A stretch of DNA of 61,420 bases, counting the filler, from Sphacelaria rigidula (Eukaryota), in the NCBI GenBank assembly GCA_964200075.2. It is 7 parts of 7 records of this genome, joined end to end, with 100 filler letters (N's around TTAATTAATTAA, not from the genome) between each part and the next. Parts side by side here need not be neighbours in the genome. Positions count along the whole stretch, not along the records: positions 43,945 to 52,632 come from CAXNAA020010376.1; positions 52,733 to 61,420 come from CAXNAA020010377.1; 5 more parts are not named here. The stretch is one strand, 5' to 3'. This document shows positions 51,745 to 61,420 of the stretch, in pieces. The position numbers and the translations under genes are program-made. The first letter of the stretch is position 1. Every line of letters begins with the position of its first letter. The notes under the pieces are model-generated. The model had not been told where the DNA came from, made no database searches, and worked only from the letters and a program-made list of their open reading frames with translations.

Positions 51745-52732
51745 TGGGTTTTTTGCGAACAGATTTTTTTGCGGTTTCTCCACGTTTTTGCAGAACGCCG
51801 AGAACCGGTTTTCTTCATTTTCCCTCCAAAGAACGTTCTCCTAACCCAGCAGAAGTAGCTCAAAATTACCACCGACTCTTCGAGCCTCTGGACAAAAGCC
51901 TTCCCATCGCGGGATGAGGCGTACCTGCTGCTGGGAGTGCAGCCCAAGGGCCAAAGCGCAGGAGTTTCAACAATTTTGAGAATGACGAGGTGATTCGGTA
52001 TCTCCCTGCTGATAGCTTTAAGGTTTAGGTTAGCGTTAGGATTAGGGTTAGCCAACCAGGGGATGATAACGAATCATCCCCCCCTTTTGAGTTTTTTTCT
52101 TTTTATTATCCGGTCATGTATCAAGCTCATCCGACGTCCAACGATACCTAAATGACCTACTTTGGAGCATGTACTACAAACCTTGCTCGTAGTACGAATT
52201 TCCTTACCTTGCTTATATTCGCGATGAGAGGGGGTACTTGTAGTCGTTTTTGTGACCACCCGTTGAAAATTGTTGTTGGAAAATGAAATCTAAACGGCTC
52301 TCATAAGAGTCGGTCTTAGCACCCATATCTACAAGTACCAGACTGCCAAGTTTGAGGATCAATCCTTTTCTACGGAATTACAAGGGATAACGTCAAGAGG
52401 CTCTTTGAGTCTTCGATGCATATGTTGTAGAGCTCGTAGATGGTGTGTCTAACCATCAACCAGTTGAATGGTTACACTTTGCGCACCCATGAACCAGTGA
52501 TATGGTACATTATGTTTTGGTCATCGAGCGGCGCAGCCGCGAGCCAAAAAGCTCCCCCCAGCAGGGTGTACTCATGATCATGCATGCCATAGTCACAAGA
52601 CCATTGACCTCGCATCCCTACAAAGCTGGGACNNNNNNNNNNNNNNNNNNNNNNNNNNNNNNNNNNNNNNNNNNNNTTAATTAATTAANNNNNNNNNNNN
52701 NNNNNNNNNNNNNNNNNNNNNNNNNNNNNNNN

Positions 52733-55243
52733 AAAGAGAAAATTGAAAAAGAGGAAAAAAAATGAGCCGGCAGAGAAAACTGGAGAGAGTAAAAGAAAAA
52801 AAAAAAAAAAAAAAAAAAGCGGATTCCTGAAGACGAGGAACAAGAAGGACAATACTGCTAGGCAGACAAAGTAAGTTTTAGTGCCGGTTCCAAGTAAGTG
52901 GAGATTCCCGACAGGTCCCCGCACAATGGCTTCACGTACAAGGAGACGGCAATACGGAGACGGTACAACACCGCCCCTGTTGTAAGTAGATATTAGCTCC
53001 GTAAGCGCGCTTGAGGTTTCGCTTAATTTTGACTTCTCGGGCCTACGGCCTATCTATGGCGTGACTCGTCACTCGTCACCCGTCACCAGACAGGCTTCAG
53101 TATTCAATACTCCAAACTGTCAAGGTTGCGGGTTTGATCCGAAAAATGTTTCTGTTTGTGTTTTATATATTTGAAACTATGTTAAATGGGAAAATGTAAT
53201 CAATGTTTTGTACAATATATTATAGTTGTGCCATGGGGCCCATTGTACAGCCTACAGCCTACAGCCTACAGCGTTTTAGAGGGATAATCAGTGAAAGCAG
53301 CAGCGAGAAGTGACTACAAGTAGTGATGACAGGTGAAGTCACTATCTATGGCAGAGCCGGAAAAAGTCGAAGCCGCGGTTATGCTCAAGTGAAATTCCTT
53401 TAAAACTGAATCTTCGGAGAAGAATTCAAACCGCTTCGTTTCCGGAGAAGGCTGAACGTGGAGGCCTAAAAAAAGCCCGAATTTTTCTGGAATCTCCGAA
53501 AAACAGTGTCGATAGTGGTGGGTGGGCCTTATCGACACTATTTTTCGGCGATCTCTGAGTTTTTCGGGACTGCGGCAAGGTCAATGACGACTCTCGAATG
53601 CTTGCGAGGGCGACGGTGTACATACAGGGTAGCTCTCCGAAGCCCTGCGCGTTGCAGTCTGAGTTTTCCGAACTTGCGCATAAATGGAGCTTCGGCGAAA
53701 ACTCAAGCCGCGCTCCGTCTTCCGGAGAAGTCTGAACGAAGAGTCTGAAAAGCATGGAAATTTTTGAAATCTCCGAACAGTGTCGATGAGAATGAGCCTC
53801 TTTCAAATAACGATTAAAAAAAGACTGGCACGAAGCAAGCAACGCGCATGGGACCGCAGCCATGAGCTTTTATTTCGTCCCCCTCACGCCACACTGCTGT
53901 CCAAGCGGGAGCCTGGGGCGTTGAGAGTTGGGGAAAAAAGGGTGACCTCGGTCGACTTTAATCGCGTTGGTGACATGTAGCAGAAGTCCTCGCAGTCCCG
54001 CCCTTTGATCCCATGTCCACCATTGGTCAAGATGGAAGACATGCGACTCCGTTCAGCGTCCAAGCAGCATTCGGGTGGAGGCCATATACAATTACGTGCA
54101 CGATGGTCATCCTCACAAAATTGGCGGGGCTGTCAAAAGCCGGAATTTCGGAACAGCATACCGTTTTGCCTTGATAGTTGGAACTACGAAAGCCCTTGCG
54201 CGTAGTGCGTTTGTGTTGAAAGCAAAGAAGGTGTCGGGGCAAGGTGCACCGAGTTCATTCCGTGTACACGTGTGTCGATGACGATGCCACCGGAGGAGCG
54301 ACGGCGGAGAGGAACCTCCTCGCCCGTGTTCTTGTGTGTCTTCGCTCGGCGATTCCCAATCGCTCGAGAGATTGCCATCAGGTTATCACCACATACTCAA
54401 TTTGCCAGTCCTTTCGTCGGTACAAGAACGGCAGACGGCTAGTTGGACATTGCAAAAGAAATGATGGGGGTGCGGCATCTTGACCGGCGTATTCGTGTGT
54501 TGTCTGCCGCGCCGACCGGTGCAAATATCGATTCCTTTCTGCCTCTCGTTTTGGGCAGGGCGGGCCTCTGTGCGCTACAGAACACGTCGTCGAAAGACAG
54601 GGCGATGTTCCTGCCACCGCTATCCCCTCACCATGTACACACGCGGGAGCAATGATCGTTCCGTGAAGATCCAATCGCGTGAGGGAAGGGTGTGTTATCG
54701 TTCATTTTGGCCTACGGCCTGATACAAGGACACTCGTACACATTCGGGTTGGGGGGACGTAGTAGAGAACCCATGACCGTGGAGAGGTTCTTGGCATGCC
54801 GAGTGAAAGAAGATACCTCTGGCGGTGACTCAGCTGCTGCAAGCGTGACCCATACAGGGGGGGCTGGCATACTGTAAGCTGTGAGGTGTGGTGCGCTGTC
54901 TTTGATGTACAGTCAAATCGTACTCCGGGGAGGGGTGCTGCCTTCGATCATTTTTTCATCGTCCTTCATTTTGGAGAGACCGCCACCGCCTTTTACCTAA
55001 GGCAAGAGGTTCCACTACGAGCAAGGGCGTTCTCGTAACTTATGGACTACTTGTCACTTCATTCGTGGTCAACGTTGTCGAGCGCTGGACAGATAAGTAT
55101 TGTCTGAGGTAGGTTGGACTGGGTTCGAAGGAGCGTAGCAGCAGGCAATCCAGTGATGTTGTTGCCCTCTCTAAAGCCGATGCAATTCATTGTGACTGAC
55201 TGTGCCTGATTGTAGCCAACAGATATGCCCTGGCGAAAGTGTT
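52733..55243 (+). repeat. Left arm of a 2.5-kb inverted repeat
   Basis: Reverse complement of 58909-61420. The ORF track is mirrored with constant coordinate sum 114153 (e.g. 53314-53538 vs 60615-60839). Confidence 0.97.
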
Positions 55244-55246
55244 CGA

Positions 55247-55406
55247 GTGTGTGTGTATGTGTTGTCACCCATCTATACATGATCGTTCTCCACTGTTGGA
55301 CATGGTGTGATAAAAAAGACGGATCGTGTGCCTGCACCGAGATTCGAACTCACGGTTCAACCGCCAGAAAGTTAGAGGTTACCAACTGAGCAACCGGGGC
55401 GACCGA
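55247..55406 (-). mobile_element. Short (~160 bp) tRNA-derived SINE
   Basis: Minus strand reads gtcgccccggttgctcagttggtaacc...gagttcgaatctcgg...tagatgggtgacaacacatacacacac, sharing head and tail with the long SINE. Confidence 0.8.
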
Positions 55407-55425
55407 CATTGAATATAAGAGGTTA

Positions 55426-56554
55426 TTTTCGAAAATGAGCTCGAACTCTCAAATGAAGTTCAACTCCGAAGGGGTGCTTTCCCTCACCCAAAGTCATTAC
55501 AAATGACTTTCATATGCACGAGCGCATACCCCCCGATTTCCTTGAAACTGTTTTTCGGGAATTCGCCGTCTTCCTTTCTAAAGGATATAGCAGAGGCTTC
55601 TGAAAAGTGGAGTTGAATTTTCAAATGGGGCTAAACCCACCCACCGAAAAGTCACATTTTCCCGGGAGAGTTTTGCAAAAACGACCAACTGAGGACTTGG
55701 TTGCCTGTTGAAACTTCCCCTAGCTTGCCTTGTCGCGCATGGTTGCTCCGGTGTACGAAGCCGTACGTACCTCCTTTCATACGTTCGAGACGGCTCTCAC
55801 CAGGTGAGGGAAGCCGATTTTCATCGGATTCCCACATCTTTGAAGAACACATTGCTGGAGTTTTGTTCGAGGCCTAGGAATAACCGCAAAGGCCAGGGAG
55901 CTACTTCTCCACCTATGGAAGTTTTCATTTTTACATGTGTAAAACGTTTCCAGCAACGGAAATTCTTTCCCGAAACACCAACAACGGTACCTGACATCTC
56001 ATCGAAGTATTCCCTCTTTTAGAATTTCGAAAGAGCTTCGAAAAAAAATCAGAACCATTTTTGATAACACCCGAAGGAACCTGACGGAAGTACCTCCTCT
56101 CACCTAGTGAGAGCCATTCCGAACGTACGATATGACATGCATATGGCTATAAACACCGGAGCAACATTGCGCGACAGGGCAACCTACGGGAATTTAACAG
56201 ACAAATAAAATCCTCAGTTGATTGTTTTGTGAAGCTGAATATATGAATTTTCGGAAGGTGGCTTCAGCCCCACTTGCAAATTCAACCCCAATTTCCAGGA
56301 TCCTATGTTGTAGTATGTGCGAAAGCACTTCCCTGCCTCGATTTGAGGCTGAAAATGGTGTGTTTTTTTCCCGAAATCGGTGCTGTCGCACGTACCCTTT
56401 GCAGGAACGGAAACGGGGAAGCCTCTAAAACAGGTTTAGAGAGGTCAGGGGGCATGAGATCACCCATATAAAAGGCATTTATCACGATTTTAGGTCAGGG
56501 AAAGCACAGTTTCCGAGTTAATCCTCATTTTAAGGTTCAACCTCATTCTCGAAG
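55426..56554. mobile_element. Family B foldback MITE split by about 700 bp of extra sequence (~55600-56312)
   Basis: Left arm gaagttcaactccgaaggggtgctttccctc at ~55456; right arm ggtcagggaaagcacagtttccgagttaatcctca at ~56493. Confidence 0.7.
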
Positions 56555-57717
56555 ATATTCCTTCGTACGTGGAAGAACCACGAATGGAATGAAAGAATAG
56601 AATGCCCTGTGTCCAGGGCGCTTCCAGTTTCAATTTATTTCGGTGTTTGGGACGTTGCCGCCTCGGATTTCGGCGGTACACCCCGAGTGGTCTCGGCTGG
56701 GCCCTCTACTCTACAATGAAAATTTCCCCGTCACTTCTTTTGTTTTCAGACGTGATATTCATCTCCTTACGGTAGGTAGTGGAGGGACTGGTAGACTCGT
56801 TTTAGTGTCAAAACGTCCAGGTATCATCATGTAAATGCTTTGTTTTGTGTCTCGTTCGAAGCACGTGTTGCATGAAAAACTACCTGTACTGCAGTGTGGT
56901 TGCGTCCTTGCATTGCTTGCCAAAAACTACGGTCCCCGCGCCTCGTACACAGTATACTGGTCATGATAACCAGAGCATCTCGGCGGCGTTTACTTCATGC
57001 ATATCCGTTTTTGCACTGGTACGGTATACTAGTTCGTACGGCACGGAGCATGCGGCAGTACTAGATCGAAAAACTGGTACACTACACCTCCAAGTGCAAC
57101 AACGATGGACTCGCTGGCATTTCTTCTGCGTGCTTTCGAGTAAAGCGTCATGAAACATGAGGAGCAACACCGTGACGGGCTGGCACAGGAGAGTACAACG
57201 CTGTAGTGCACAAGCGCGCTGGCACGGTGTCGGCAACACGGAAACGCTAGCACGCGTGCTGCTCAAAAATGACGCGCTCCGCCCGTGTAATTTATTTCAG
57301 TGTGTTTTGTTGCATTTCAATATAGAGGTTACCCTTTGGATGTGGAGCCGATACTGTGTACCAACCGCGGCGCGACGCCTGCGGCGGTACTATCTGCTCA
57401 CTGCACAGCGGTAGGGTTCAGGGTGACAAAACACACCGCAGAACGTCGCATCCTTAGTCTATCCCTGTCCTGCATTGATTTCGCGTTATCCTATACAGTT
57501 CGCCACATCATGAGTGCAGCCATTGTATCGCAGCCAAGGTGTACGCAGGATGTAAACCTCCTCGCCACGCGCTATATTGCTACGTCACATTTTGTAAAGC
57601 TGTCCGTGTTACAGCTAGAGCGTGCGTTTGTCCCAGGTGGCGCACGCAGGAGTGAAAGACCGCCTCCGCCGCTGTAATAGCTGGCTGTATCTCGGGCGAA
57701 GCTGTATGATAACACAG

Positions 57718-57795
57718 CCGCGGCTGGTGCGCCCACATATACCGAAAGGTGGAGACCGGCGTCCAGAACTTATGGGACGACAACACACACAGCAC
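57718..57795 (+). mobile_element. 3' fragment of the long SINE
   Basis: cggctggtgcgcccacatataccgaaaggtggagaccggcgtccagaacttatgggacgacaacacacac matches 27903-27970. Confidence 0.85.
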
Positions 57796-58908
57796 ACTCG
57801 ACGTTGCGCAGTACACTTTCCACATCGTGTTCGTACTGTCTGTAGATTTTTTTATCCACGGTTGGGTACATTCTCCATATATAATGCAGGGGTAACATCT
57901 GGGCGAATTGCAGGTGAGGCAATCGCCGAAATATTCACCTGCAAGCTCTGCTCCAGTGCACTGTAAGTTGATATCGCTGGAAGACACTACCGTAACCGCC
58001 TTGCTGGCTGCCAGACTGTCACAGACTGTCAGGACGTAGGATCCGCTAGCATTGCTACTGTCTGTACGGGGGTGTTGACCCCTCGTCAGGTACGTTTTGG
58101 AGCATGATACTCGATGTAGATCATCCTTGTACATGAGCACCAAACGCTGAGGGTCCTTACTCAAGACTTCGATTTTGAGGATGATACTAGGTGGGCAGCA
58201 GCAACTGCTGTTTGTCCAGGTTCCCCTTGGAGCAGGATGCATTTGGTGTACGTTTGACGAAGTTATCCCCCCAAACGAACTCGATAAAGGTTTTAGAGAG
58301 GAAAAATCTAGCAAAAAACTATCGCAAGAATCCGCTCGCAAGAATTCTGACACAAAAAAACTATTGCAAGAATCTGACCGCAAGAATGAGGTCGCAAGAA
58401 TCCTGACGCAAAAACGGAGTCACAGAAAACCAGTTAGTCGAATTTTTACCCGCAGCACAAACCAACTTCACTTCGTGAAACGTGAAATTGGAATGAAGCA
58501 TTTTTGATAGCCTCAACCTCAAAACGGCTGCAAAACGCGTTCAGAAGGCGCTTTCGTCGGTTTCCCAAGGGCATGAAGAAAATGATACCAAGAATAATAG
58601 CTTATTCGAGCCCCGGGAAAACGCAAAGGGCACGGGGTTTTCCATGATTAAATTTCTCACAATCACGTCTGTGCAACGTTACCAGCAAAGAAATTTCAAT
58701 TGTGAGAAAGAAACGTGTGAACTTTACTTCTCTTCAATACCACTTTTGACGTACAATTTCCATAGAGATATTGAAAAAAAACTAACATTGTTTTCTCCGC
58801 GCCCTTGGGAAGTTGACGGAAGCACCTTCCGGGCGCTTTTTGCAGGCGTTTTGAGGCTGACAAAACAGCTTATTTTTGAATGCCATCCATGATTCTTCAA
58901 CATACTAA

Positions 58909-61420
58909 AACACTTTCGCCAGGGCATATCTGTTGGCTACAATCAGGCACAGTCAGTCACAATGAATTGCATCGCCTTTTAGAGAGGGCAACAACATCAC
59001 TGGATTGCCTGCTGCTACGCTCCTTCGAACCCAGTCCAACCTACCTCAGACAATACTTGTCTGTCCAGCGCTCGACAACGTTGACCACGAATGAAGTGAC
59101 AAGTAGTCCATAAGTTACGAGAACGCCCTTGCTCGTAGTGGAACCTCTTGCCTTAGGTAAAAGGCGGTGGCGGTCTCTCCAAAATGAAGGACGATGAAAA
59201 AATGATCGAAGGCAGCACCCCTCCCCGGAGTACGATTTGACTGTACATCAAAGACAGCGCACCACACCTCACAGCTTACAGTATGCCAGCCCCCCCTGTA
59301 TGGGTCACGCTTGCAGCAGCTGAGTCACCGCCAGAGGTATCTTCTTTCACTCGGCATGCCAAGAACCTCTCCACGGTCATGGGTTCTCTACTACGTCCCC
59401 CCAACCCGAATGTGTACGAGTGTCCTTGTATCAGGCCGTAGGCCAAAATGAACGATAACACACCCTTCCCTCACGCGATTGGATCTTCACGGAACGATCA
59501 TTGCTCCCGCGTGTGTACATGGTGAGGGGATAGCGGTGGCAGGAACATCGCCCTGTCTTTCGACGACGTGTTCTGTAGCGCACAGAGGCCCGCCCTGCCC
59601 AAAACGAGAGGCAGAAAGGAATCGATATTTGCACCGGTCGGCGCGGCAGACAACACACGAATACGCCGGTCAAGATGCCGCAACCCCATCATTTCTTTTG
59701 CAATGTCCAACTAACCGTCTGCCGTTCTTGTACCGACGAAAGGACTGGCAAATTGAGTATGTGGTGATAACCTGATGGCAATCTCTCGAGCGATTGGGAA
59801 TCGCCGAGCGAAGACACACAAGAACACGGGCGAGGAGGTTCCTCTCCGCCGTCGCTCCTCCGGTGGCATCGTCATCGACACACGTGTACACGGAATGAAC
59901 TCGGTGCACCTTGCCCCGACACCTTCTTTGCTTTCAACACAAACGCACTACGCGCAAGGGCTTTCGTAGTTCCAACTATCAAGGCAAAACGGTATGCTGT
60001 TCCGAAATTCCGGCTTTTGACAGCCCCGCCAATTTTGTGAGGATGACCATCGTGCACGTAATTGTATATGGCCTCCACCCGAATGCTGCTTGGACGCTGA
60101 ACGGAGTCGCATGTCTTCCATCTTGACCAATGGTGGACATGGGATCAAAGGGCGGGACTGCGAGGACTTCTGCTACATGTCACCAACGCGATTAAAGTCG
60201 ACCGAGGTCACCCTTTTTTCCCCAACTCTCAACGCCCCAGGCTCCCGCTTGGACAGCAGTGTGGCGTGAGGGGGACGAAATAAAAGCTCATGGCTGCGGT
60301 CCCATGCGCGTTGCTTGCTTCGTGCCAGTCTTTTTTTAATCGTTATTTGAAAGAGGCTCATTCTCATCGACACTGTTCGGAGATTTCAAAAATTTCCATG
60401 CTTTTCAGACTCTTCGTTCAGACTTCTCCGGAAGACGGAGCGCGGCTTGAGTTTTCGCCGAAGCTCCATTTATGCGCAAGTTCGGAAAACTCAGACTGCA
60501 ACGCGCAGGGCTTCGGAGAGCTACCCTGTATGTACACCGTCGCCCTCGCAAGCATTCGAGAGTCGTCATTGACCTTGCCGCAGTCCCGAAAAACTCAGAG
60601 ATCGCCGAAAAATAGTGTCGATAAGGCCCACCCACCACTATCGACACTGTTTTTCGGAGATTCCAGAAAAATTCGGGCTTTTTTTAGGCCTCCACGTTCA
60701 GCCTTCTCCGGAAACGAAGCGGTTTGAATTCTTCTCCGAAGATTCAGTTTTAAAGGAATTTCACTTGAGCATAACCGCGGCTTCGACTTTTTCCGGCTCT
60801 GCCATAGATAGTGACTTCACCTGTCATCACTACTTGTAGTCACTTCTCGCTGCTGCTTTCACTGATTATCCCTCTAAAACGCTGTAGGCTGTAGGCTGTA
60901 GGCTGTACAATGGGCCCCATGGCACAACTATAATATATTGTACAAAACATTGATTACATTTTCCCATTTAACATAGTTTCAAATATATAAAACACAAACA
61001 GAAACATTTTTCGGATCAAACCCGCAACCTTGACAGTTTGGAGTATTGAATACTGAAGCCTGTCTGGTGACGGGTGACGAGTGACGAGTCACGCCATAGA
61101 TAGGCCGTAGGCCCGAGAAGTCAAAATTAAGCGAAACCTCAAGCGCGCTTACGGAGCTAATATCTACTTACAACAGGGGCGGTGTTGTACCGTCTCCGTA
61201 TTGCCGTCTCCTTGTACGTGAAGCCATTGTGCGGGGACCTGTCGGGAATCTCCACTTACTTGGAACCGGCACTAAAACTTACTTTGTCTGCCTAGCAGTA
61301 TTGTCCTTCTTGTTCCTCGTCTTCAGGAATCCGCTTTTTTTTTTTTTTTTTTTTTTTCTTTTACTCTCTCCAGTTTTCTCTGCCGGCTCATTTTTTTTCC
61401 TCTTTTTCAATTTTCTCTTT
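58909..61420 (-). repeat. Right arm of the 2.5-kb inverted repeat
   Basis: Reverse complement of 52733-55243, running to the last base of the window. Confidence 0.97.

Noticed and set aside
57580-58383. 267-aa ORF in the palindrome spacer
   Set aside because: Starts in short cgcaagaat repeats, ends in an antisense SINE fragment and has no recognisable domain. A real exon in the middle cannot be excluded.
52733-61420. Polinton/Maverick, virophage or linear plasmid
   Set aside because: No pPolB, integrase, ATPase or capsid ORF. The spacer carries ordinary nuclear SINE/MITE relics. Kept only as an unexplained palindrome.

Overview
Eukaryotic nuclear DNA, most likely from a brown alga. This is inferred from the GT-AG introns, TTAGGG repeats, tRNA-derived SINEs and the Copia style. 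The window is not one locus: six identical 100-nt linkers (N44-TTAATTAATTAA-N44) join seven contigs of 8689, 8689, 8689, 8689, 8688, 8688 and 8688 bp, so it looks like a size-sorted concatenation of unplaced contigs. Contig 1 holds a multi-exon multi-C2/IQ-motif gene (minus strand). Contig 2 holds foldback MITEs, a pre-miRNA-like hairpin and a disrupted membrane-anchored gene with about nine 37-aa repeats. Contig 3 holds the first two exons of a TTC27/Emw1 homolog. Contig 4 holds exon 1 of CLP1 followed by SINE/MITE-rich DNA. Contig 5 holds the last three exons of a multi-pass membrane protein. Contig 6 holds a decayed Ty1/Copia element and MITEs. Contig 7 is one large inverted repeat, with ~2.5-kb near-identical arms reaching both contig ends around a 3.7-kb spacer. 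The most unusual signals are that palindrome, a short repeat family that inserts at G/C homopolymer tracts with target-site duplications (possibly Penelope-like), the 37-aa repeat gene and the hairpin. No database search was possible, so all family assignments come from motif recognition by eye.
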